A stretch of 64,000 nucleotides of DNA, taken from Gammaproteobacteria bacterium (GTDB lineage: Bacteria > Pseudomonadota > Gammaproteobacteria > Chromatiales > Chromatiaceae). The DNA lies in NCBI GenBank assembly GCA_024206335.1, contig JAAGZL010000342.1, positions 747 to 64,746 on the forward strand, in the 5' to 3' direction. Below are positions 10,776-20,290 of this stretch, piece by piece. The position numbers and the translations under genes are program-made. Position 1 is the first letter of the stretch, and each line of letters starts with the position of its first letter. The notes beneath the pieces were generated by a model that made no database searches, had not been told where the DNA came from, and saw nothing but the letters and a program-made list of their open reading frames with translations.

Positions 10776-13700
10776 ATGCCACGTTCCAACAGCAACAATA
10801 AGGGCAGAACCTGGTCCTCCGGGGGCATAGCCGAATGGTCCATCCGCCACCCCATCGGGGTGGTGATGATCACCCTGGCCGTCATGGTGCTGGGGGTATT
10901 TGCGGTGGAACGTCTCAATATCGACCTGCTGCCCCATATCATCTATCCCGAAATTCGGGTACGCGTCCTGGACTCCGGGGTCCCCACCACCATCATGGAG
11001 GACGAGATCACCCGGCAGCTGGAAGAGCAGTTGGCCATCACCGAAGACGCCATCCATGTGGACTCAATCACCAGCGAGGGGCGCAGTGCGGTCTCCCTGG
11101 CCTTTGAGTACGGCAAGAATATCGATATCGCCCTGCGTGATGCCAGCACCCGGCTGGACCGGGCCAAACGCTTTCTGCCCGACAGCATAGAACCCCCGGT
11201 GATCTACAAGCGGGACCCATCCCAGATACCCATAGCCGAGTATGTGGTCAGCTCCACCATGCGTGATTCGGTGGAACTGCGCAGCTGGGTGGACTACAGC
11301 CTGGGCAAGTGGCTGGTGAATCTGCCCGGGGTTGCCGCCGCCGAGGTGGGTGGTGGTCTGGTGCGGGAGATCCGGGTGGTGATTGACCAGGATCGACTGG
11401 CCGGGCTGGGGCTGGACGTACTGGACATCTCCAACGCCCTGAAGCAAGGCAATCGGGATACCGCCGCCGGCCGCCTGCTGATGGAACGGGGCGAGATCAG
11501 TGGTCGCACCGCCGGGCGTTTTCGCAACGTGCAGGAGATCATCAATCTGCCCATCACCCTGCCCGGCACGGACGGTCAATCCCGCTCGGTCTATCTGGGC
11601 GAGGTGGCCCAGGTGATCGACGGAGCAGAGGAGGAACGTCTGCAGGTACGCCACAACGGTCTTCCCGGGATAAAACTCTCCATCCAGAAACAGCCCCAGG
11701 CCAACACCGTCTCGGTGGTGGACGCGGTAAACGCACGTCTGACCCAGCTCCAGGCAGACAAGCTGATCCCACCGGATATCCGGATCGACACGGTGGACGA
11801 CCAGGCCCTGTATGTACGCCGCGCCCTGAACAACGCCATCACCGCCGCCTCCAGTGGCGCCATCCTGGCCATGGGTGTGGTCTACCTGTTTCTGGGCAGC
11901 CTGCGCCGCACCCTGATCATCGGCAGCGCCATCCCCATCGCCATCCTGGTGACCTTCACCCTGATGGCCAGCGGCAACCTTACCCTGAACATCATGACCC
12001 TGGGCGGGCTGGCCCTGGGCATCGGCATGCTGGTGGACAGCACCATCGTCATGCTGGAGAACATCTATCGGCACCAGCGCGAGTGTGAAAATAACCGCGT
12101 CGACAGGTTCGATACCGATGCCTCAATAGACGCTGCCGCCGAGGTGAACAGCGCCATTGTGGCCTCCACCTCCACCAATCTGGCGGCAGTGCTGCCATTC
12201 CTGTTTATCACCGGTCTGGTGGGGCTGCTGTTCCGGGAGTTGATCTTCACCATCTCCGCCGCCATCGCCGCCTCCATGTTGGTGGCCCTTACCCTGGTCC
12301 CAGCCATGGCCGGACGCATCCAGGCCAAAAGCGAGGGGCTGCTGCGGCGTGGGGTCAATCGGGTCATGGACCGCTTGCGCGACGGCTATGCGTTTCTCCT
12401 GGGCCATCTGCTCAAGGTGTACTGGCTGATCATCCTCCTGTTCATGGGGGGGCTGGCGGCCTCTTTTCAGCACTTTTCCGATGCCAGACAGATCTTTCTG
12501 CCTAATATGGACGAAGGCCGGGTCAGTATATATATCACCGCCGACCGCGGGATTAACCTCTCCAGCATGAACCGGGTGACCTCCAGGTTGGAACAGCTGA
12601 TGGCGGCACAGCCGGAGGTGGAGAGCATCTTCACCATCGTGGGCGGCAACATCTTTGGCCGTTCCCAGCATGAGTCACCCAACCGCGCCAGCATCAAGGT
12701 CCAACTCAAACCAAGGCCAGAACGTGGTGGCAGCAGCATGGAGTGGATCAAGCGTATGAGCCAACAGGTGGCGGCCATGCAGCTGGCCGGGGTAAAGGTG
12801 CATATGCGCATGCGTGGCATCCGCGGCATACGCCTGAATCGCAGTGATGATGATCTGGCCTTCCGCGTCAAGGGGGCCGAGCTACATGTACTGGAAGAGA
12901 TCGCCCATCGGGTAGCCGAACGGCTAAGTGGATTGCCCGGTCTGCGTAATGTGCAGCACTCATCCGAAGACCGCAATCAAGAGCTATCGGTGGAGGTTGA
13001 CCGGGAGCGTGCCGCCGCCTATGGCCTGGCGGTGGAGGATGTCGGCAAGGTGGTGCGCTTTGCCCTGGAGGGGAGCAACGTTACCGATTTCATCATCGAT
13101 GACCGCTCCATTGATGTGCTGTTGCGCCTGGACCGCAGCGGCATGTCTAACCCGTCGGATGTGGAGAACATCATCCTGTTCAGCAATACCGAGCCCAGGG
13201 TAGCGGTGCGTCTGTCGGATATCGCCCAGGTCAATCTGGTGGCGGCCCCGGCTGCCATCATGCGCGATCAGCAGCAGCGGATCGTGGAGGTAAGCGCCGG
13301 CATGACGGCAGGAACAACCCTATCACAGGCGTTGAATGAGGCCCGGGAACAACTTAAGGGACTGGAGATCCCTGCCGGCTACAGCCTGTATGAGGCGGGC
13401 AGTCTGGAGACCCTGCAGGAGGGACAGAACCTGAGCATGCAGCTGCTGATGCTGGCTCTGTTCCTGGTATTTGTGGTGATGGCAGTGCAGTACGAATCCC
13501 TGCGCAATCCGTTGGTGATCATACTCAGCGTACCCTTCGCCTCAATCGGGGTGATGCTGGGTCTAGAGTGGACCGGCCTACCGGTCTCCATGCCGGTGTG
13601 GCTGGGCCTGATCATGCTGGCAGGTATCATGGTGAACAACTCCATCGTACTGGTGGAGTATATTGAGATAGAGCGCAGCCGGGGGATGGAGCCGGTCCCG

Positions 13701-13913
13701 GCCATCATTGCTGCAGGCCACCTGCGACTACGCCCGATCCTGATGACTACCCTGACTACCGTGGTGGGCATGCTGCCGCTGGCCCTGGCCCTGGGTGAGG
13801 GTTCAGAGATGCTGCAACCGCTGGCGGTCACCATCGTCTCCGGCCTGCTGTTCTCCAGCCTGGTTAGCCTGCTGCTGGTACCATCGTTTTATCGATTGTT
13901 AGCCAAGCGATAA
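10776..13913 (+). CDS. RND efflux permease (AcrB/HAE family)
   Basis: 1045 aa with 12-TM/two-large-loop architecture. N-terminus ...IAEWSIRHPIGVVMITLAVMVLG, conserved ...GGLALGIGMLVDSTIVMLENI... and ...GLIMLAGIMVNNSIVLVEY... segments. Confidence 0.9.
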   Translation: MPRSNSNNKGRTWSSGGIAEWSIRHPIGVVMITLAVMVLGVFAVERLNIDLLPHIIYPEIRVRVLDSGVPTTIMEDEITRQLEEQLAITEDAIHVDSITSEGRSAVSLAFEYGKNIDIALRDASTRLDRAKRFLPDSIEPPVIYKRDPSQIPIAEYVVSSTMRDSVELRSWVDYSLGKWLVNLPGVAAAEVGGGLVREIRVVIDQDRLAGLGLDVLDISNALKQGNRDTAAGRLLMERGEISGRTAGRFRNVQEIINLPITLPGTDGQSRSVYLGEVAQVIDGAEEERLQVRHNGLPGIKLSIQKQPQANTVSVVDAVNARLTQLQADKLIPPDIRIDTVDDQALYVRRALNNAITAASSGAILAMGVVYLFLGSLRRTLIIGSAIPIAILVTFTLMASGNLTLNIMTLGGLALGIGMLVDSTIVMLENIYRHQRECENNRVDRFDTDASIDAAAEVNSAIVASTSTNLAAVLPFLFITGLVGLLFRELIFTISAAIAASMLVALTLVPAMAGRIQAKSEGLLRRGVNRVMDRLRDGYAFLLGHLLKVYWLIILLFMGGLAASFQHFSDARQIFLPNMDEGRVSIYITADRGINLSSMNRVTSRLEQLMAAQPEVESIFTIVGGNIFGRSQHESPNRASIKVQLKPRPERGGSSMEWIKRMSQQVAAMQLAGVKVHMRMRGIRGIRLNRSDDDLAFRVKGAELHVLEEIAHRVAERLSGLPGLRNVQHSSEDRNQELSVEVDRERAAAYGLAVEDVGKVVRFALEGSNVTDFIIDDRSIDVLLRLDRSGMSNPSDVENIILFSNTEPRVAVRLSDIAQVNLVAAPAAIMRDQQQRIVEVSAGMTAGTTLSQALNEAREQLKGLEIPAGYSLYEAGSLETLQEGQNLSMQLLMLALFLVFVVMAVQYESLRNPLVIILSVPFASIGVMLGLEWTGLPVSMPVWLGLIMLAGIMVNNSIVLVEYIEIERSRGMEPVPAIIAAGHLRLRPILMTTLTTVVGMLPLALALGEGSEMLQPLAVTIVSGLLFSSLVSLLLVPSFYRLLAKR

Positions 13914-13933
13914 CACAAGATAGAACAGTCACA

Positions 13934-14680
13934 CTACAGCGAGATTCCAGCCCTGACCTCTGCCCACAGCGCCTCATAGGCGGTAACGGCTGGCCCCTTT
14001 GATGCGTACTCCAGCAGGGGTTGCCGGAACACCCCCATGCGCTCCACATCACTGGCGTAGGGGATATGGGTTGTCAGCAGTTCATCGTAGTGTTTAGGCA
14101 GCTGTTCCAGCATCTCGATATGCATCCGTTTACGCCGGTCCACCATGGAAAAGAACGGCATTATTTTCAGGCTATCCAGCTTGTTATTTGCTACAAAATC
14201 CAGCAGCTGACGATAGGTGCGCAGAGAGAGGGTAGTGGGAATGGTCGGAACCAGCAGCGCATCGGTGGCCTGAAAGATATTCTCTGACACCAGGGAGATA
14301 CTGGGGGGGCAGTCGAGAAAGATCAGGTCGTACTCATAGGAGAGGGGACGCAGCAGCTTTAGCAACCGCAGGGCCGGCTTCTTCACCTCATCCAGCAACA
14401 GGTCCATGTTGCGATAGGAGAAATCTGCCGGCAACAGATCCAGGTTTTCAAAATCGGTCCCCTTGATCAGATCATCCAGATCTATCTTTCCGCGCAACAT
14501 CTTCTTGCTGCCACCCTTGACCTTGGGTTTGATACGAAAATAGAAGCTGGCAGCCCCCTGGGGGTCCAGGTCCCACACCAGTGTCCTAAGTCCCTCTCTG
14601 GACGCGAGGTAGGCCAGGTTTACCGCAGTGGCCGTCTTACCCACACCACCCTTGATGTTGTAGACCCCGAGGATGCGCAT
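13934..14680 (-). CDS. Orphan ParA/MinD-family P-loop ATPase
   Basis: MRILGVYNIKGGVGKTATAVNLA carries the deviant Walker A (KGGxxGKT). 248 aa. Its ATG shares a TAATG junction with the stop of the upstream CHAD gene. No parB nearby. Confidence 0.85.
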   Translation of the reverse strand: MRILGVYNIKGGVGKTATAVNLAYLASREGLRTLVWDLDPQGAASFYFRIKPKVKGGSKKMLRGKIDLDDLIKGTDFENLDLLPADFSYRNMDLLLDEVKKPALRLLKLLRPLSYEYDLIFLDCPPSISLVSENIFQATDALLVPTIPTTLSLRTYRQLLDFVANNKLDSLKIMPFFSMVDRRKRMHIEMLEQLPKHYDELLTTHIPYASDVERMGVFRQPLLEYASKGPAVTAYEALWAEVRAGISL

Positions 14681-16338
14681 TACCGCTTGCCCCCCTTGGA
14701 CCCTGAGGCAAACAGGGCACGAAACATACGCTGATTTCGCGGACGGGAAAAACTGGCAAAGCGTTCAGAAAACTCCAGATGGGCCTGTTGCTGCCGTCGC
14801 AATAATCCATCCACCAGCATGCCCATGGCCAACAGGGTATCGTGTGGCGTCTCTCTCTCCTCCACCATCTGCCGTGCGTACTCCCGCAGCTGGTCTGCCT
14901 GTACCTCAAGGTCCTGAAAGTTACCAAGATTGTCCAGCAACTCCTTCAACACCCTGATCAGGCGGGAGATCTTTTTGTTTGGATACAGGTGCTGAAAAAA
15001 CTCCATGAGATAGCGCAGCTTCTTACACTCCTTGCGCAGATCATGCAGGCTCTCTGCCGGAGATTCATCATTGATAGCCGAACCATGCTTTAACACCCGC
15101 CGGTACATCTTATGGATGCGCCGATTGGCCAGTTGCCCAATCGGTGTGGTCGCATCAGGCGGGGTGTCGGCCTGCTCGTCCACCGTGGTCTCAAGGAAGA
15201 GACGCCACTCTTTTAACAGTTTGCGAAAGTGCGGGGAGTTAATCTTCTGCACCAGAATCTGTTGCTCCATCTTCTGGTGTTTTGTCAGAAAATCGTGCAG
15301 AGGATTGAGGTCGTCCCGAAACTTCTGTGGCAGACTCTCCCGGTATTGTCCAAACCCCAGGAGAAACACATCCATATCACGGGTAGGACCGGTCACCTGC
15401 CCCACCCAGGCCAGACGTGATTTGAATCTATCCAGCTCGAAATCACTAAACACACCCTTTATCTGGGTCAAGGCAGAGCGGGTCCGACGCACCGCCACTC
15501 GCAGGTCGTGTAGAAATTCCGAATCCAGGTCGGCCTTCATCCCCGGTATATTTCTCTCTATGATACCCAGCAGATAGAGATGGATCTGTCTAGCCGCCAG
15601 ATCAGAGCGCAGCATAGGATCAAAATTAAAACTGAGTTTGAAACTGTAGTCACCTGCCTCTCTTCCTATGGCCTGCAGCGCCTCATCCTGGAGGTCATCC
15701 TTGGCAACACTCAGACCAAACTTGGAGCGCAGTAGCTTTCGTATGCGAGATAATGGCTTTGGATAGCCCCTGACCGGTAGCAGCCGGATAGTATTCCCAC
15801 AAAATCTGTATTGCCCTGTTCCCGAAACCCGGCTACCGTTCTGTTCCAGCAAAATACGCAGAACCGTCTTCTCGGCACTGTCGAGCAGACGCAATGAACG
15901 CACCTGGCTTTCTGTCTCAACCTGTGACATCAGGGCCCTGACACCCAGCGGCTGCGCAACTGATTCCTGGATCTGGCCGGGGGGAATATCGTCCGAAAAT
16001 CTGGGGGCTGCTCCGGGTAGCGTAATCCATGCATTAGGCCCTAGTTCAGGAATGCCATTCTGACAGAGCCGGCTGACACCATCTCTTCGCTCAGTCCAGA
16101 GGCTTAATCCACGGCTGTATAGACGCCAATCAAAACTATCCAGAAAAGTGCGAACCACTATGGTTGAGGGATCTTCAAGCAGGCTGCGGCTATTTTGAAT
16201 GGCGACCACTATCTCATCCGGATGAATTACATCCGGTATTGAAAAACGCTCTTCCTGCTGTTTAATCATATTACTCCATGCAGTAGCCGCCAGAAGCAGA
16301 GGCAATTCTTGCACAAGGGTATGTGGTATGACCAGCAA
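14680..16338 (-). CDS. CYTH-like plus CHAD domain protein (start uncertain, possibly M at 16269)
   Basis: The N-terminal FLDSFDWRLYSRGLSLWTE is CYTH-like. The C-terminal half holds the two CHAD signature helices, LHDLRVAVRRTRSAL and LHDLRKECKKLRYLMEFF. Confidence 0.65.
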   Translation of the reverse strand: MLVIPHTLVQELPLLLAATAWSNMIKQQEERFSIPDVIHPDEIVVAIQNSRSLLEDPSTIVVRTFLDSFDWRLYSRGLSLWTERRDGVSRLCQNGIPELGPNAWITLPGAAPRFSDDIPPGQIQESVAQPLGVRALMSQVETESQVRSLRLLDSAEKTVLRILLEQNGSRVSGTGQYRFCGNTIRLLPVRGYPKPLSRIRKLLRSKFGLSVAKDDLQDEALQAIGREAGDYSFKLSFNFDPMLRSDLAARQIHLYLLGIIERNIPGMKADLDSEFLHDLRVAVRRTRSALTQIKGVFSDFELDRFKSRLAWVGQVTGPTRDMDVFLLGFGQYRESLPQKFRDDLNPLHDFLTKHQKMEQQILVQKINSPHFRKLLKEWRLFLETTVDEQADTPPDATTPIGQLANRRIHKMYRRVLKHGSAINDESPAESLHDLRKECKKLRYLMEFFQHLYPNKKISRLIRVLKELLDNLGNFQDLEVQADQLREYARQMVEERETPHDTLLAMGMLVDGLLRRQQQAHLEFSERFASFSRPRNQRMFRALFASGSKGGKR

Positions 16339-16532
16339 AAAGCTGTCACGCCTATTTAATCTTATACGCAGTTATCAAAAATAACTGGTAATTCTATCAA
16401 TCTTAGAGCCTAAAAAACCTGTTTTTGATCTCAGATGCAACTCACAAGTGCAACCCTTAACAAGATACCCATGGGGTAAGCTACTACATCATTGTGCTGA
16501 AAAGGCATCATGGCACACTGATTACCACTACA

Positions 16533-16811
16533 CTAGATCTGCAATCGTGAGAGAATCGGCTCGACTGTGTCTTGATAGTTTTCTAGAACAGCGCATAATC
16601 CAATCTCAACGCCTGAGGTGGAGGTTTCCACCGACATGCTTAGCACCCCAAGATTCTCTGGAAGTACCGCTATGTTTGGAACAATGCGAGCAACTATTTC
16701 TGATCCACAGATGAGATTACCGTCGAGTTTAAGCACAACCGCTTCCGCTAGGTTATAAGGTGTTTTTACGTACGCTTCAAATCCGGTTAATAGTATCTTC
16801 GCTATTCCATT
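16533..16811 (-). pseudogene. Decayed pyroglutamyl-peptidase I (Pcp)-like remnant
   Basis: The open frame reads NGIAKILLTGFEAYVKTPYNLAEAVVLKLDGNLICGSEIVARIVP..., like the Pcp N-terminus (K-[IV]-L-[LV]-T-G-F-E...N-P-S-W-E-A-V...L-[DN]-G...I-G-G-x-E-I-V). The only ATG (ATGGAATAG) is one nucleotide out of frame. The frame stops after about 92 codons, before the catalytic Cys/His region. Confidence 0.35.
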
Positions 16812-16981
16812 CTACTAATTAATTTACAGTCTCAGCAGAAGTGAACTCCCAAAAAAATACGCTTAAGGTTACATAAGACATTTTCCTTTAGGTTTTCGGA
16901 TAAAAGCTATTTTGTTGTTACTGCCATATGTGATTTAGCCATGCACTTTAGCTGTCAGACAGAGCCCATATTTCAACAACT

Positions 16982-19615
16982 TTAAGCCAAACACTTGCTC
17001 GCCACCTCAAACACATCCTTCGAGATTCCATCTGTGCTGAATATCTTTTCCAGTTGCTGTTTCATCAGCAACTGACGTTCTGCATCGTAGCGTCTCCAGC
17101 GCGCCATAATTCGTAACATGCGCGCGGCTATCTGCGGATTGATGGGATCAAGCTGCCGCACCGTCTCACCCAGCAATAGATAACCCGAACCATCAGCCGC
17201 ATGAAAATTAATCGGGTTCGCGCTGCAAAATGCCCCGATCAATGAGCGTACCTTGTTGGGATTATGCATGCTAAATCCAGGGTGTTGCATCAGCTGCCTG
17301 ACATGCCCAATAGTGTCTTTCCGCTTCGATACCGCCTGCACCGTAAACCATTTATCCAGCACCAGCTGATCATGCTCCCAGCGCCGGTAAAAATCCGCCA
17401 GCAATTGCTCTCGCTCTGGTGTATCACTGCTGGCAATCAGGCCCAGGGCAGTAATTACATCGGTCATATTGTGCCCGTCCTGGTACTGCTCAATACAGAG
17501 ACCAGTAATCTCCGGATCATCCAGCTGCATTAGATACTCGAGCGACAGATTACGTAGTCTACGCCGGGCGATGGATTGCGAAGATATATCATAGGCGCCC
17601 TGCTCCGCACCCTCATGGTATACCCGGTAAAAATCGTCCTTCAACTCCTGCGCCAGCAACAGCTTCAGCGCCTCACTGGAGTTGTGGATGGCCACAACAT
17701 CCACACTACCCATCTGATCGCCTAGGTAGGACTCTGCGGGCAGGGTAAGAATCTCCGCCAGTAGCGCTTGGTCTGATTCTGTATCAATCAGCGCCTCCCT
17801 ACAGGCAGCAATGAAACCAGAGGCCGGGGTGTAGTCCGGGTCGTTAACCATGTTCATCAATATACCCAAACTAACCCGTTGGGATGCATCCCAGCGATTA
17901 AATCCATCACTGTCATGGGCCATCAGAAACAGCAGTTCATCATCGGTGTAATCAAAGCTGACCTTTACCGGGGCAGAAAAGCCACGCAGGAGAGAGGGAA
18001 CCGGCGCCACCGGCAGATCAACAAAATGAAACTGCTCCCTCGTCCTGGTCAGTTCCAACACCCGAGTGGTTCCTGCCGCACTACTCTCACCCTTCAGTCG
18101 CAGGGGCAGATCGGCACCATCCTCCGCCAACAGACCTAGGGCAAATGGTATATGAAATGGTTGCTTCTGCGTCTGGCCCGGCGTATCTGGGCAGGATTGT
18201 TCAACGGTAAGGGTGTAGCTGTTATCCGCTGTATGATATTCGCCACGACACCGTAACTCCGGGGTGCCGGCTTGGCTGTACCAACGCCGAAACTGAGCCA
18301 GATCCCTGCCACTGGCGTCTTCCATGCATTTCACAAAATCATCTGTGGTAACCGCCTGCCCATCATGCCGCTCGAAGTAGAGATCGGTACCTTTTCTATA
18401 CCCCTCTGATCCGAGCAGACTATGTTGCATTCGCACCACTTCAGCACCCTTTTCGTACACGGTGAGGGTGTAGAAATTATTGATCTCCATGTATGAATCG
18501 GGACGTACTGCATGGGCCATGGGGCTGGCATCTTCAGCAAACTGATGGGCGCGTAGCATGCGCACATCTTCAATACGCTTTACCCCACGTGAACCCATGT
18601 CGGCAGAAAACTCCTGATCACGAAATACCGTCAGGCCCTCTTTCAGGCTCAGTTGAAACCAGTCCCGGCAGGTGATCCGGTTACCGGTCCAGTTATGAAA
18701 ATATTCGTGGGCAATTACCCCCTCGATCCCCTGAAAATCTCTATCCGTGGCGGTATCCGGGCGCGCCAGTACATACTTGGAGTTAAAGATGTTCAGCCCC
18801 TTATTCTCCATGGCCCCCATATTAAAATCATTCACTGCCACGATCATGAATATATCCAGATCGTATTCACGTCCGTAGTTCTGCTCATCCCATCGCATCG
18901 ACTGCTTGAGCGAATGCATGGCGTGATCACACTTATCGATATTCTCCGGCTCCACATAGATACGCAGGTCCACGCAGCGACCGGAGGCGGTGGTGTAACT
19001 ATCTCTGATATCCAGCAAATCTCCCGCCACCAGGGCAAACAGATATGCCGGCTTGGGGATCGGGTCTTCCCAGGTTACCCAGTGGCGGCCATCTTCCAGC
19101 TCACCGCTGGCTATGGGATTGCCATTGGAGAGCAGTACCGGATACGCCGCCTTTTCGGCCAGGATGGTGGTGGTAAATTCAGACATCACATCGGGGCGAT
19201 CCAGATACCAGCTGATCTTGCGGAACCCTTCCGCCTCACACTGGGTGCAGTACATGTCACCGGACTTGTACAGACCCTCCAGGGCGGTGTTATTTTGCGG
19301 GTAGATCACCACCTCGGTCTCAAGTTGGAACTGGTCTGGAACCGTGTTGATGGTTAACCCGGTGGGAGTTACCTTATACTCTCGGTCCTGAAGCCTGACC
19401 CCATCCAGTTCGATAGATACCGGTTCCAGCTCCTCACCATCCAGATGCAGGCCTTCAGTTCTCGATACGGCCAGCGGGTTTCTACGCACACTGAGTTTTG
19501 ACACCACCCGGGTGGAATTTTCATCCAGGGTTATATGTAGCATTACCCGGTCTATAAGATATTCAGGCGGTTGGTAATCTTTCAGATATACCGTTTTGGG
19601 ATTATCACGTAACAC
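16982..19615 (-). CDS. pepN: Aminopeptidase N
   Basis: 877 aa. GAMEN exopeptidase motif (NMGAMENKGLNIF), zinc motif HEYFHNWTGNR...LKEGLTVF, and a typical PepN C-terminal ERAP-like domain. Confidence 0.9.
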   Translation of the reverse strand: MLRDNPKTVYLKDYQPPEYLIDRVMLHITLDENSTRVVSKLSVRRNPLAVSRTEGLHLDGEELEPVSIELDGVRLQDREYKVTPTGLTINTVPDQFQLETEVVIYPQNNTALEGLYKSGDMYCTQCEAEGFRKISWYLDRPDVMSEFTTTILAEKAAYPVLLSNGNPIASGELEDGRHWVTWEDPIPKPAYLFALVAGDLLDIRDSYTTASGRCVDLRIYVEPENIDKCDHAMHSLKQSMRWDEQNYGREYDLDIFMIVAVNDFNMGAMENKGLNIFNSKYVLARPDTATDRDFQGIEGVIAHEYFHNWTGNRITCRDWFQLSLKEGLTVFRDQEFSADMGSRGVKRIEDVRMLRAHQFAEDASPMAHAVRPDSYMEINNFYTLTVYEKGAEVVRMQHSLLGSEGYRKGTDLYFERHDGQAVTTDDFVKCMEDASGRDLAQFRRWYSQAGTPELRCRGEYHTADNSYTLTVEQSCPDTPGQTQKQPFHIPFALGLLAEDGADLPLRLKGESSAAGTTRVLELTRTREQFHFVDLPVAPVPSLLRGFSAPVKVSFDYTDDELLFLMAHDSDGFNRWDASQRVSLGILMNMVNDPDYTPASGFIAACREALIDTESDQALLAEILTLPAESYLGDQMGSVDVVAIHNSSEALKLLLAQELKDDFYRVYHEGAEQGAYDISSQSIARRRLRNLSLEYLMQLDDPEITGLCIEQYQDGHNMTDVITALGLIASSDTPEREQLLADFYRRWEHDQLVLDKWFTVQAVSKRKDTIGHVRQLMQHPGFSMHNPNKVRSLIGAFCSANPINFHAADGSGYLLLGETVRQLDPINPQIAARMLRIMARWRRYDAERQLLMKQQLEKIFSTDGISKDVFEVASKCLA

Positions 19616-19651
19616 TGCCTCACCTCTTGGTTAAAAACCCACACTACATAT

Positions 19652-19936
19652 TATTAACCCGGCCACCTAATATGTCATGTTCAGCCGTCATATACCTGCC
19701 TACAGCAAGGCATCAAAACGCCACTGTAGCACTTCTACGGTAAGTTTTGATAACGCAGTCTGTAGGCAGATATATAACGGCCTCACTTTTTTTAATCAAT
19801 CTGCAAGGGGCTTCAAGAATGTCCTTGACCAAGGCGTGGTTCGCAGCCTATGGCTACTACCTTGGCAAGAGCCACAACACCGGGCATGGGGATTCTTGAA
19901 GCCCTGAACAAGGCATATTAGGTGGCCGGGTTAATA
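19652..19936. repeat. MITE-like / highly structured 285-bp element closed by 23-bp perfect inverted repeats
   Basis: TATTAACCCGGCCACCTAATATG (19652-19674) is the exact reverse complement of 19914-19936. Nested internal inverted repeats: 19690-19705 vs 19760-19776 (ATATAyCTGCCTACAG) and 19808-19820 vs 19892-19904 (GGGCTTCAAGAAT/ATTCTTGAAGCCC). Confidence 0.45.
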
Positions 19937-20008
19937 GCTGTGCTCTGGACCAGTCACAAGCTGATTGATAGGATGGGCGACCATATTCGTAACCTGATGA
20001 GATTACCC

Positions 20009-20290
20009 ATGCCAAAAGTTGTCGTATACAGCACCAACGTATGTCCCTATTGCGTGCGTGCAAAATCCCTGTTGCAACGTAAAGGGGTGACATATGAAGA
20101 GTTGAATATTGATCAAGACTTCTCCCTCATGGAACAGATGATAGAAAAGAGTCAGCGCCGCTCCGTACCCCAGATCTTCATCAATGACTACCATGTTGGT
20201 GGCTATGACGATATGGCTGAATTGGATGCCGAAGGTAAGCTGGACCCACTGCTGGGAATCGCGCCCCAGGAGACCGACGAGGTCACATGA
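20009..20290 (+). CDS. grxC: Glutaredoxin 3
   Basis: MPKVVVYSTNVCPYCVRAKSLLQRKGV...RRSVPQIFINDYHVGGYDD with a CPYC active site. The longer track ORF (from 19922) runs into the repeat element and is unlikely. Confidence 0.85.
   Translation: MPKVVVYSTNVCPYCVRAKSLLQRKGVTYEELNIDQDFSLMEQMIEKSQRRSVPQIFINDYHVGGYDDMAELDAEGKLDPLLGIAPQETDEVT

Noticed and set aside
11064-12074. Long antisense ORFs inside large genes, e.g. 11064-12074(-), 18653-19357(+), 30916-31839(+), 41310-41987(+), 7474-8247(+), 49728-50006(+)
   Set aside because: They lie entirely within much longer ORFs that have clear family motifs on the other strand. Their translations are low-complexity (Gly/His/Gln/Arg/Pro rich). They are shadow frames of codon-biased genes.
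16448-16714. 88-aa plus-strand ORF in the CHAD-pepN gap
   Set aside because: It is antisense to the Pcp-like remnant, which explains the open frame. It has no motifs.
19677-20093. ORFs 19677-19907(+) and 19857-20093(-), and the long form of grxC starting at 19922
   Set aside because: They run through the inverted-repeat element and overlap each other. The glutaredoxin homology only begins at MPKVVVY (20009).
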